From positions 3,057 to 41,201 of the forward strand of contig CAYNMB010000003.1 in assembly GCA_964398235.1 (NCBI GenBank): 38,145 bases of DNA, read 5' to 3'. How positions within the stretch are numbered: position 1 is the stretch's first letter; each line of letters starts with the position of its first letter. A model generated the notes under the pieces. The model saw only the letters and a program-made list of their open reading frames with translations, was not told the DNA's origin and searched no databases. Positions 9,135-18,031 of the stretch are shown piece by piece. The position numbers were made by a program, and so were the translations under genes. This stretch comes from an uncultured Candidatus Bathyarchaeia archaeon (GTDB lineage Archaea > Thermoproteota > Bathyarchaeia > Bathyarchaeales > DTEX01).

Positions 9135-10049
9135 TTACGACCAAATCTTATCGATTTCTTTCTGCAGCTCCTTCTTACGTTTTTCATATTCCTCTACTGT
9201 TATTTCACCAATCTTATACCTAGCGTGCAAGGTTTCAAGCTGCTCTCTCAATATCTTTTCTCTTTCTTTTTTATCCTTTATTAATGAATCCAGAAACGCT
9301 AAGGTCTCCTCCACATCCATCTTAACGTTCTCCAATACAGTGTTTGAGATTTTTCCCTCGGCAACAAGCTTCTTTATGGTTTCATACGCTGATCGTAGTT
9401 GGCTCTCCATGTCTCTTATCTCACTTGGCGTTTTGTCGCCAAGCATTTTTTCTAGACGCTCCAAATTGGCTCTGAGAGATTTCATCATACTCTCCAGCTG
9501 CTTTTGTTCAGCCTTCACTTTTTCAGATTTCTCTGAAAAAGTGCCTAAATCGATTTCACCAACTTTATAACGTACAGTTAGCTCCTCGAGATTTAATGCA
9601 AGTTCATTCATTTTTCTATTGATTTCATCAAGTTTACTTCTTAAATCCTCGAGCTTGCGAACCCTAGTATTCAAAAGCTTACCTAACTTACCACAATATT
9701 CATTGAATAATTTTAGGAAAACGGTTTCAGAAACTTCACCAGACTGAAATAGTTTGAAGAGCGCAATCTTCCTCGCATAGATTGTAGAAATATTAGACAT
9801 TAAATCAGCTATTTCCTTCTCAGGGGTTTTAGGCGCTTTAGCAACCTGAGCTGGCTGAACTCGTGCTCGCGTTGGAGGTGGAACAATAGGCGGAAGCGGC
9901 GGCGGAGCTTCCATAGGTCGCGGTCTTTCGAAGCGTGAAGGACGGGTGGAAGTCGGCAATTGCGCCCCGCAATATATGCAGTACCTCATTGCCGGAACCA
10001 TTCTACCGCATTTTGGACATCTAATTCTAGCTTCTTCCAGATTGGACAA
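9135..10049 (-). CDS. Zinc-ribbon protein with a proline-rich linker and a long coiled coil carrying four SHOCT-like repeats
   Basis: 304 aa with a TTG start. CPKCG-x9-CIYCG lies at the N-terminus, followed by a PPPLPPIVPPP linker. Repeats are SGEVSETVFLKLF, VGEIDLGTFSEKS, EGKISNTVLENV and IGEITVEEYEKRK. Confidence 0.7.
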   Translation of the reverse strand: MSNLEEARIRCPKCGRMVPAMRYCIYCGAQLPTSTRPSRFERPRPMEAPPPLPPIVPPPTRARVQPAQVAKAPKTPEKEIADLMSNISTIYARKIALFKLFQSGEVSETVFLKLFNEYCGKLGKLLNTRVRKLEDLRSKLDEINRKMNELALNLEELTVRYKVGEIDLGTFSEKSEKVKAEQKQLESMMKSLRANLERLEKMLGDKTPSEIRDMESQLRSAYETIKKLVAEGKISNTVLENVKMDVEETLAFLDSLIKDKKEREKILREQLETLHARYKIGEITVEEYEKRKKELQKEIDKIWS

Positions 10050-10144
10050 GATAGAACCCCACGAATCTTTAAATTAACAATGTATGAGGAGTCTAATATT
10101 TTTGGCGGTGGCCATCAAATAAAAAGCTAATTAATATGTAGAAA

Positions 10145-10169
10145 TATCTCAAATATTATTATTGAGATA
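10145..10169. promoter_or_regulatory. Inverted repeat TATCTCAA-n9-TTGAGATA ending 4 nt before the start codon of the 123-aa ORF
   Basis: Perfect 8-bp arms at 10145-10152 and 10162-10169. It lies in the divergent intergenic region between the Zn-ribbon gene and ORF 10173. No SD precedes the ATG. Confidence 0.35.
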
Positions 10170-10172
10170 GAA

Positions 10173-10544
10173 ATGTCTGAAATCGACTACATACCGCTTA
10201 GGCAGGTTTTGAAGGATTATTTGAGGGAGCATGGAATAACACTAAATGACTTGCTTAGGGTGATGGATGAAAATAAGGAGGGCATAATGGACGCTCTTAG
10301 CAAAAGGATTCACATGACCGAGGAGCAACGTAGAGCCTTGGAGAAGGGGCTTTCGAGCAAGGAGCTTAATCTCCTTCTATTCGTCATACAAGCCTTCTAC
10401 ATCCTTAATCCTTCAGGGCTTTACAAGGGTTTTATGATTGAACCCGTTAGGGAAGACATTATGAAGGGTGATAAAATTACATTTGAGGGATGTAAGAGCA
10501 TATTGAAGGCTCTGAGAATTTCAACCGCAAATATAGATGTTTAA
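10173..10544 (+). CDS. Hypothetical protein (123 aa)
   Basis: This is the only sizeable ORF in the gap and the lone + strand gene within a 10-kb minus-strand block. I recognise no motif. The N-terminal ITLNDLLRVM segment could be helix-turn-helix-like, but this is weak. Confidence 0.55.
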   Translation: MSEIDYIPLRQVLKDYLREHGITLNDLLRVMDENKEGIMDALSKRIHMTEEQRRALEKGLSSKELNLLLFVIQAFYILNPSGLYKGFMIEPVREDIMKGDKITFEGCKSILKALRISTANIDV

Positions 10545-10548
10545 AAAA

Positions 10549-11724
10549 CTAATAGTGGATTTCCACAACATCCCCGTCCATAAGGATGTGATTTGGACCA
10601 ACCTTTTCACCCGGATACTTTGCGCTTGGACCCCATATTTTAGCGTATTTGAAATTCCTATACATTTCGCTATGGATCTTTTTAGCAATCTCGATGACGG
10701 TTGTTCCACTCTTAACTACAAGAGGCCTGTCTGACGGTTTTTTGGAAAATGGTTCTTTAGTGTAGATTCTCATCACATTAAGTATCTTAAACAGGGTTTC
10801 GCCAATTTTTTCCAAGCCAACTCGATTTAGACATGAAACCGGTATAAGCGGAATGCTTCTTTCCTTAAGAGCTTCCTTTAATAGAGTGAGGTTGGCTTCA
10901 GCGTTTGGCGAATCAAGTTTATTGGCGATGATGATCGCTGGTTTATAAACATTGCTTGAAAATATTGCATTCTCAACATCATCCAACCTAACTTTACCAC
11001 TAATTTTAACTACCGCGGATGTAATACGATAGCTGTTAAGCAGCTCTTTAATATCTTTAGGAGAACAATCAACTAAAGCCCCGCTTCCAATTATCTGGAT
11101 GCCCACACCATAGCTTCGCTTAATAATTTCAACTTCACCCTCAGGTTTTTCTACAAGGATACCGGCCTTTTCAAGCTCCGAGAGAACCATAAATAGTTGA
11201 TTGAGAACATTTTCAGATAAGTCAAGCATAACGATTAATCCATCAGCATTTCTCACTAGACCTAGCACTTGGGTTCCATTCATCCTTCCCTCGGAAGCAC
11301 CCTCCACTATGGCGGGAGCCTCAACAAGCTGAAACTGTATGTCCTCATACTGTAGCATTCCAGGCGTGGGTTTCTGTGTGGTGAAGGGGAAGGGAGTTAT
11401 CTCCGGTTTAGCGTTTGTTATAGCTGCTAGTAGACTGCTTTTACCAACGTTAGGTGGACCGAGAATTACTATTTGCCCAGCGCCTTCTTTCGGTATCGCA
11501 AATCCATATCTTCCACCACCTTTTCTTCTGGTCTTCGCTGATTCTAGCTCGCGTTCGAGCTCAGCGATTCTACGCTTGATATTGGCCACTAGCTTGCTTG
11601 TTCCCTTATGTTTTGGAACAAGCGCTAAAAATTCTCGCATTAACTTTATTTTTCTCGGCGTTGAACGGCAGGCTACGACTTCAGCCCATTTAGCTTTGGC
11701 TTCGGCTGGAAGATTCGTGACCAT
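10549..11724 (-). CDS. DRG/Obg-family GTPase with C-terminal TGS domain
   Basis: 391 aa. G1 GPPNVGKSS, G2 FPFTT and G4 NKLD are present. The TGS-like tail is KSGTTVIEIAKKIHSEMYRNFKYAKIWG...GDVVEI. The G3 position reads EAPA instead of DxxG. Confidence 0.9.
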   Translation of the reverse strand: MVTNLPAEAKAKWAEVVACRSTPRKIKLMREFLALVPKHKGTSKLVANIKRRIAELERELESAKTRRKGGGRYGFAIPKEGAGQIVILGPPNVGKSSLLAAITNAKPEITPFPFTTQKPTPGMLQYEDIQFQLVEAPAIVEGASEGRMNGTQVLGLVRNADGLIVMLDLSENVLNQLFMVLSELEKAGILVEKPEGEVEIIKRSYGVGIQIIGSGALVDCSPKDIKELLNSYRITSAVVKISGKVRLDDVENAIFSSNVYKPAIIIANKLDSPNAEANLTLLKEALKERSIPLIPVSCLNRVGLEKIGETLFKILNVMRIYTKEPFSKKPSDRPLVVKSGTTVIEIAKKIHSEMYRNFKYAKIWGPSAKYPGEKVGPNHILMDGDVVEIHY

Positions 11725-11756
11725 TTTTCTCTCAATAGATGTAGTTAGAGCATTAT

Positions 11757-12986
11757 CTATATTTTTCGCGTCTTCTCCATCCTTACTCCATCACCTACGC
11801 TAGAAACCCAACCGTTCTTTGCACCAACTGATAAGCATGCTTCCACAACCTTTCTGCCAACCTTCTCATCTTTGACGAGTGCAATAATGCTTCCACCCAT
11901 ACCGGCGCCGGAGATTTTGGCGCCATATGCTCCAGCATCTAAGGCTGCTTCACACATACGCTCTATTTTCGGCAGACTCACATCGTAGAGGTCCCTAAGC
12001 AATGCTTGCTGAGCATTCATCACTTCGCCCAAAAATCGGTGGCTAAACTCCATTATGGGACCGGTAACCATCCGCTTCCAAGCGTCCTCGCCAAGAATCA
12101 TTTTAACTTCTTTTTCATTAACCCTCCCCATCCTTAGGACTTTAAGCGCCAATTCTGTTAACTTATGCATTCTCAATGTGAAGAGTATTCTTTTCCGAGA
12201 ACTTTCACTCATAATCGACAGGTAATTCTCAATCTCATCTTCGGCGATATTTTCCCACAATGGTTCATCAAACTTATACCCTAATTTAGCCTTCAATTTG
12301 CTCGGAACAATTTTATTTTCCATTAAGGCTTTTAGGCCAAGATTTATCTCCATCTGTCTTTTTGGATGGATATCTCCCGTTGAATGTTTGATTCCGGAAT
12401 CTATGATGGCGAAGGTTAAATCCTTAAAGGGAAGTTCCTCAACATTATAGGGAGGTCTGCAGTCAAGCTTTATTATGCCGCCGAATGCAACTCCATATTG
12501 ATCAAGTCTACCGCAGGGTATACCAGCCTCAACATTCTCAGCCATAAAAGATATTTCAGCTATTTCTTTTCTACTGAGACCTAGATTGAAGACATGATTT
12601 AGGAGCGCTGTAAAAGCAACCTCAAGCGCCGCGCTACTAGCTAATCCGGAGCCGATGGGTATTTCGCTTCTAATAGTTAAATCCATGCCCCTAAGCCTAT
12701 TAGCCAGACCTTTTCTGACGAGAACATTCACCACACCACGTAAATAGTTGCCAAAAAATTTTCCATTCCGCATTTCGTTAATACCTATTTTAAAAGAGTC
12801 TAAGTGGGGTTCACCATACTCCTTGAGATCTAGAGACTTCACTGTAAAGGTTTCATCTCCAGAAAACTTTGCTGAAATATATAACCTTAAATTAATTGCT
12901 ACTGGAACAACTGGCAACCCTTTATAGTCTTGATGCGTGTTCAAAAAATCGGCTCTTCCGGGAGAGGAGACAATAAATTCCTTCAT
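11757..12986 (-). CDS. galK: GHMP kinase, galactokinase-like
   Basis: 409 aa. A divergent galactokinase signature PGRADFLNTHQDY is present. GHMP motif II is PIGSGLASSAA, the catalytic region is CGRLDQ and motif III is GAGMGGS. AAGGAG SD is present, and the gene is adjacent to galT. Confidence 0.75.
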   Translation of the reverse strand: MKEFIVSSPGRADFLNTHQDYKGLPVVPVAINLRLYISAKFSGDETFTVKSLDLKEYGEPHLDSFKIGINEMRNGKFFGNYLRGVVNVLVRKGLANRLRGMDLTIRSEIPIGSGLASSAALEVAFTALLNHVFNLGLSRKEIAEISFMAENVEAGIPCGRLDQYGVAFGGIIKLDCRPPYNVEELPFKDLTFAIIDSGIKHSTGDIHPKRQMEINLGLKALMENKIVPSKLKAKLGYKFDEPLWENIAEDEIENYLSIMSESSRKRILFTLRMHKLTELALKVLRMGRVNEKEVKMILGEDAWKRMVTGPIMEFSHRFLGEVMNAQQALLRDLYDVSLPKIERMCEAALDAGAYGAKISGAGMGGSIIALVKDEKVGRKVVEACLSVGAKNGWVSSVGDGVRMEKTRKI

Positions 12987-13041
12987 ATTTGCTCTCCTTA
13001 ATGCATAAGAATCTACTTTCTTCGGATTTAGCCCCTAACAA

Positions 13042-13995
13042 TCATGTTTCTGGACTCTCCCTTAATTCTTTAGCCTTAAGCTCAGGCGTATAATCGAATG
13101 TCATTGTTCCGGCTCCAGTTTCAACGCCTCCAAGATGCTTTATCTTATCCTTCTCTCTATATGGCGGATAAAATTCTATGTGAAAGTGATAGTAGGGGTA
13201 TGATTTGCCGTCTGTTGGTCTCTGATGCAAAACCATCCTGTATGGAAAGCTCATGTTGAAGAGGTTATCGAATTTTCTTAGGATCTTCTTCAATATCGAT
13301 GCTAGAGAATCTTTTTCTCTATCAGTTAAATCCGTTAGTGCACCAACATGCCTCAGCGGATATATATGGACTCCATAGGGCAAGTGGGCGAAAAACGGTA
13401 GGAAGCATATGAAGTCTTCGTTTTCGCAAACTATGCGTACAGCCTCAGCTCTCTCTTTTTCAATTATCGTACAGAACAGGCATTTTCCAGTTCTCTTCCA
13501 ATAACGTTTACTTGAGTCTAACTCACGTTTTATTAGTGGAGGTATAAATGGAAACGCGTATATTTGTCCATGAGGATGATCTAACGTGACCCCAATTATT
13601 CTGCCCTTATTCTCAAAGATGAAAACATATTTCACGTAATCTCTTTTACCTAAATCTTCAAATCGATCTGTCCAAAGGTCTATTACAGCCCTAATATTTT
13701 TAACATCTAAGTCGGCTAGGGTGGCGTCATGTTTAGGCGTGTAGACTATGACTTCACATACTCCTTTCGCTGGCCTGACGCGATAAAGTTTATCAGATTT
13801 AATGTTAGGCGGCGGCGCATCGCTACGTAAAGATGGAAATTTGTTTGGAAGGCTTAAAACAGTCCATCCTGATTCTGGAACCTCCTCCGACCCTGGACAA
13901 AATGGGCAGAAATCTTTTGGAAGAAGAGGCCGCTTCCACCTTATATCAGAGACTATTATCCATTCGCGGAGTAGGGGATCCCATCTAAGCTCCAT
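13042..13995 (-). CDS. galT: Galactose-1-phosphate uridylyltransferase
   Basis: 317 aa. The Zn-site is CPFCPG and the active site is DHPHGQIYAF (HPH). AGGTGA SD is present. Confidence 0.9.
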   Translation of the reverse strand: MELRWDPLLREWIIVSDIRWKRPLLPKDFCPFCPGSEEVPESGWTVLSLPNKFPSLRSDAPPPNIKSDKLYRVRPAKGVCEVIVYTPKHDATLADLDVKNIRAVIDLWTDRFEDLGKRDYVKYVFIFENKGRIIGVTLDHPHGQIYAFPFIPPLIKRELDSSKRYWKRTGKCLFCTIIEKERAEAVRIVCENEDFICFLPFFAHLPYGVHIYPLRHVGALTDLTDREKDSLASILKKILRKFDNLFNMSFPYRMVLHQRPTDGKSYPYYHFHIEFYPPYREKDKIKHLGGVETGAGTMTFDYTPELKAKELRESPET

Positions 13996-14080
13996 GCTCT
14001 CACCTTATAAACTTACAAGAAAAAGGGGAAAAGGGTTAAATTTTCTTTTCGATATTTGCTTACACTTGGGGAGCAGATCC

Positions 14081-15598
14081 TTGACGTATTTTCTGGGCAT
14101 AGATGTTGGAACATCCAGCGTGAAGGTTGTCGTTTTAGATGATTCTGGAAGAGTTGTTTCAAAGGCCCAGAAAGAATATCCTATTCACTCTCCCTTACCA
14201 GGCTATGCTGAACAGGATCCGGATTTATGGTGGGAGAAATCTAAGCTTTCAATAAGGGAGGCCCTAGAAAGATCTGGATTAAATGGCTCCGAGATTTCAG
14301 CCGTAGGTTTTTCGGGGCAGATGCATGGAACTGTGCTGATTGGAAAAGACATGAAGCCGCTGAGACCAGCCATAATTTGGACCGATAAGAGAAGCGTTGA
14401 GCAATGCGATGAAATTTATGAAATTATTGGTAGAAAAAGTTTCTTAGAAATTGTCTGTAATCCAGCGATGCCCGGCTTTATGGCTCCAACACTTCTGTGG
14501 ATTAGAGAAAATGAGCCAAAGGTCTTTAAAAGAATATTTAAGGTTCTTCTTCCAAAGGATTATGTCAGATTCAGATTGACTGGAGAATTAGCCACCGATT
14601 TCTCAGATGCTTCTGCAACCCTTCTCTTCGATGTTAGAAGAAGATGCTGGTCGAACAAAATAATCTCTGAACTAAAATTTCCAGCGGACTTATTTCCCAA
14701 CATTTTAGAGTCCATAGAAATTGCTGGAGAAATTTCTGTAAACGCCTCGAAGGAAACCGGCCTAAAGCCGGGAATCCCCGTTGTTACTGGCGGAGGAGAC
14801 TCGCCCGTCGGAGCCGTAGGCTGCGGGGTAATCGAAGCTGGCGTAATATCATCCAATATTGGAACAGGCGGACAAATCTTCACAACAATAGATGAATTTA
14901 GATCGGATCCAAAGAACAGGATCCATGTTTTCTGCCACGCGGCTCCAGGGAAATGGTGTCTGCAGGGGGCAATACTTTCAGCAGGTTTATCTCTGAGGTG
15001 GTTTAGAGATAACTTTGCGCAAATGGAGAAAGTGGTGGGTTCACAATGCAATCTTGATCCATATGATATTCTTTCTAAAGAGGCTGAGGCTGCTGAGCCG
15101 GGATGTAGTGGACTGATATTTCTTCCATACCTTCTTGGGGAGAGGTCGCCTCACATGAATCCTAAGGCTAGGGGCGGTTTCTTTGGATTAACCCTACAGC
15201 ACGGCAGACAACACTTCATTAGAGCGATTATGGAGGGCGTAGCCTATGCTCTCAGGGACTGTTTAGAAGTCTTTAAAGAGCTTGGTGTCAAGATTGAGAA
15301 GGTGATTGCACGTGGAGGCGGATCAAGAAGTAACCTATGGAGGCAAATACAAGCCGACGTATTTAACACTGTTGTCTTTAAAACTGAGGTTGAGGAGGAT
15401 TCGGCTTTCGGAGCAGCCATTTTAGCCAGCGTGGGCGCCGGCGTATACTCCGACCTAAAGGAGGCTTGCGAGAAAAACATTAAAGTTACAAGCATAAATA
15501 AGCCAGACGAGGCTAGAGCGAAACTTTATGAGAAACTTTATAATGAAATTTATCGAGGCCTATACCATTCCCTAAAAAATTATTGGATTAAAATTTGA
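14081..15598 (+). CDS. FGGY-family carbohydrate kinase (xylulokinase-like)
   Basis: The track ORF starts at 13802 but overlaps galT antisense. A TTG at 14081 is preceded by GGGGAG with a 7-nt spacer and gives MTYFLGIDVGTSS, the normal FGGY N-terminus. GGGSRSNLWRQIQADVF lies near the C-terminus. Confidence 0.85.
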   Translation: MTYFLGIDVGTSSVKVVVLDDSGRVVSKAQKEYPIHSPLPGYAEQDPDLWWEKSKLSIREALERSGLNGSEISAVGFSGQMHGTVLIGKDMKPLRPAIIWTDKRSVEQCDEIYEIIGRKSFLEIVCNPAMPGFMAPTLLWIRENEPKVFKRIFKVLLPKDYVRFRLTGELATDFSDASATLLFDVRRRCWSNKIISELKFPADLFPNILESIEIAGEISVNASKETGLKPGIPVVTGGGDSPVGAVGCGVIEAGVISSNIGTGGQIFTTIDEFRSDPKNRIHVFCHAAPGKWCLQGAILSAGLSLRWFRDNFAQMEKVVGSQCNLDPYDILSKEAEAAEPGCSGLIFLPYLLGERSPHMNPKARGGFFGLTLQHGRQHFIRAIMEGVAYALRDCLEVFKELGVKIEKVIARGGGSRSNLWRQIQADVFNTVVFKTEVEEDSAFGAAILASVGAGVYSDLKEACEKNIKVTSINKPDEARAKLYEKLYNEIYRGLYHSLKNYWIKI

Positions 15599-15783
15599 TT
15601 TTCTCCATTTGAAATTTACGGGTTCTGGAATATATGAGCATAACATATTCGGCATTAAAATACTTATTCTACAAGGCACTGGCGCCAATTTATTTCACCC
15701 GAAAATTGAAATGAAAGTATTAGATCTATGGAAACATTGTCTTTAACTGCACAGCTTAAATACTTCCATTTTTTTAAGAATTT

Positions 15784-16443
15784 ATGGAGAGAAACTTGAA
15801 TAACCCTTACATACGGATGCTCTTTAAGCCGGTTCTTAAAAATCCGGTTCTTGTAGCTGGATTACCAAGCGTAGGGAATGTTGGCGTTAATGTGACAAGA
15901 TTTTTAGCGGAATCTTCGAACGCTGAGCTGTTCGCGGAGCTATATGCGCCAACTTTACCCGACTACGTAAATGTGCGTGACGGTGGATTATGCAGTCTGC
16001 CAAAATATGATTTCCTAGCGTCAAAACTTGAGGCGAATTTAATGATACTTATTGGGGAAACTCAACCGCCAATTGAGGATCTCTCATCATATTATGAAAT
16101 CTGCGGAAGCATATTAGATTTCATTAAGGACTTTAATTGTAGTTTTATCGTTACATTAGATGGTTTTCCATCAACATTTATTCAAAAAGACGTGTACGTT
16201 GCTGGAACATCTGATAAAATTGCTTTGGAGTATGCCTCATTAGGCGCAAAAGTCTATTCTAAAAAAAGAATTGTAGGTTTATCCGGATTGCTTTTGGGAA
16301 TGGCGAAACTACGTGGGATAGAGGGAGTATGTCTCCTAAGCCCTGTTACAAATCTAGTGTCCGACCAAGAAGCCGCGCTCAACATATATGAATTTTTAAG
16401 GAAAGTTCTAGGATACGCAATATCCACATATTCATTTGGATGA
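15784..16443 (+). CDS. PAC2-family proteasome assembly chaperone-like protein
   Basis: 219 aa. NPVLVAGLPSVGNVGVNVTRFL and the following layout resemble archaeal PAC2/PbaB-type proteins. By-eye call only. Confidence 0.65.
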   Translation: MERNLNNPYIRMLFKPVLKNPVLVAGLPSVGNVGVNVTRFLAESSNAELFAELYAPTLPDYVNVRDGGLCSLPKYDFLASKLEANLMILIGETQPPIEDLSSYYEICGSILDFIKDFNCSFIVTLDGFPSTFIQKDVYVAGTSDKIALEYASLGAKVYSKKRIVGLSGLLLGMAKLRGIEGVCLLSPVTNLVSDQEAALNIYEFLRKVLGYAISTYSFG

Positions 16444-17910
16444 ATTCAATTGCATTTCGGCCTCCCTAATTTTCTGCAATTTTTCTCTCACTATTTTATT
16501 TGCAATACTTGGATCAGCCCTGCCCCTTGTCAACCTCATTAATTGACCTATAAGGTAGTGAACCGCCTTATCATCTACAAGCGCATCTCTAACGGCCTTG
16601 GGGTTCTCGGCAAAAACTTTATCCACCATTTTATTGAGCAGGGATTCATCCGTTATTTTAATGAGTCCCTTCTCCTTAACGATCTCCATAGGATCTTTTC
16701 CATAAACAATTATTTCCGGAAGAATTTTCTTCGCTATTTTTCCGCTTATGACGCCTTCTTCAATTAGGCGTATCATGTCAACAAGCTTTCGCGGGGTTAT
16801 TTTTGCTTCATGAAGCTCAAGATTGTTTTCATATAAATATCTGAGCAGATCGCTCATCATCCAATTGCTTATCTCTTTCGGCTTATTATAGAGCTTCACG
16901 CATTCCTCAAAGAAGTCTGCAAGAGCCTTAGAGCTCACTAAGACTTCAGCATCATATTTTGGCAACCCGTACATTTTCATGAAACGCTCAGCCCTTTTTT
17001 CTGGCAGCTCCGGCATTTCCGCCCTCACTTCCTTAATGAAGTCTTTGCTGATAATTATGGGTACAAGATCCGGCTCTGGGAAATATCTGTAGTCTTGCTC
17101 CTCCTCTTTTGTTCTAAGCGAAACGGTGACTCTTCGGATTTCATCCCAGTGTCTGGTTTCACGCTTAACGGCGATTCCTTTTTTAATAAGCTCTTTCTGC
17201 CTAACGATTTCGAAGCTTAATGCTCTTTCAACCTCCTTAAAGGAGGATATGTTTTTTATTTCAACCCTTGTTCCGCCAGCAAGCGAAATATTGGCGTCAC
17301 AACGCATCGATCCCTCTAGATCACCATTAAAAATTCCAAGATGCTCAAGAATATTCCTAAGCTTTTGGAGAAAAATTCTAGCTTCTTTTGGAGTTCTTAA
17401 ATCTGGTTCAGTAACGATCTCCAATAAAGCAATTCCAGAGCGATTGTAGTCTACAAGCGTGTATGGTGACTGGTCGATTGCCCCTATGTGAACTAGTCTT
17501 CCCGGATCCTCTTCGAGATGAACCCTGCTTATTCTAATCTTTCTTCGTCTTCCTTGATTCTCGATATACAGGTATCCATTAACGGCTAATGGCACTCCAC
17601 CAGCCCTATCGTACTGGGTTATCTGGAAATTTTTGGGAAGGTCTGGATAGTAGTAATTTTTTCTGAAGAAAAGCATTTTTTCGGATACTTGGCAGTTTAA
17701 TGCAAGCGCCGCCATAACAGCGTATTTAACGGCTTTTTTATTTAGCACTGGAAGTGAGCCAGGTAACCCCAAGCACACTGGACATACAAGGGTGTTTGGC
17801 TCTTTACCCCTATAATCTGCTGGGCAACTGCAAAAAAGCTTGGTTTTTAGACTTGTTAACTGCACGTGGACCTCAAGCCCTATTCTAATGCTTTCCTTCA
17901 GGTTTTCCAT
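16432..17910 (-). CDS. gatB: Asp/Glu-tRNA amidotransferase subunit B
   Basis: 492 aa. IGLEVHVQL, TKLFCSC, CPVCLGLPGSLPVLN and FFRKNYYYPDLPKNFQITQYD are present, with a YqeY-like tail. No gatA or gatC occurs in the window. Confidence 0.92.
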   Translation of the reverse strand: MENLKESIRIGLEVHVQLTSLKTKLFCSCPADYRGKEPNTLVCPVCLGLPGSLPVLNKKAVKYAVMAALALNCQVSEKMLFFRKNYYYPDLPKNFQITQYDRAGGVPLAVNGYLYIENQGRRRKIRISRVHLEEDPGRLVHIGAIDQSPYTLVDYNRSGIALLEIVTEPDLRTPKEARIFLQKLRNILEHLGIFNGDLEGSMRCDANISLAGGTRVEIKNISSFKEVERALSFEIVRQKELIKKGIAVKRETRHWDEIRRVTVSLRTKEEEQDYRYFPEPDLVPIIISKDFIKEVRAEMPELPEKRAERFMKMYGLPKYDAEVLVSSKALADFFEECVKLYNKPKEISNWMMSDLLRYLYENNLELHEAKITPRKLVDMIRLIEEGVISGKIAKKILPEIIVYGKDPMEIVKEKGLIKITDESLLNKMVDKVFAENPKAVRDALVDDKAVHYLIGQLMRLTRGRADPSIANKIVREKLQKIREAEMQLNSSK

Positions 17911-18031
17911 ATCAAATACCGCTATGCTGTGAAATTTGTTTACCCATTAAAAGATGGAGAGCAAACATATAAAATCATCTCTTCAATCTAAATTTTTGAA
18001 AATATGAATCATCAGGAGGCAAATATTTGAA

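Noticed and set aside
10521-10734. Track ORFs 10521..10709 (-) and 10537..10734 (+) at the DRG 3' end.
   Set aside because: Both overlap the conserved TGS domain of the DRG GTPase in other frames and show no coding signals.
13802-14080. The long N-terminal extension of track ORF 13802..15598 (598 aa), which would overlap galT antisense by about 195 nt.
   Set aside because: The extension has no kinase-like sequence and runs antisense through galT. A TTG at 14081 with a GGGGAG SD gives the canonical FGGY N-terminus YFLGIDVGTSS, so the extension is an open-frame artefact.
15634-15714. A 26-codon ORF, MSITYSALKYLFYKALAPIYFTRKLK, in the 185-nt spacer upstream of the PAC2-like gene.
   Set aside because: It has no SD and no recognisable motif, and its length is within chance expectation for AT-rich spacers.
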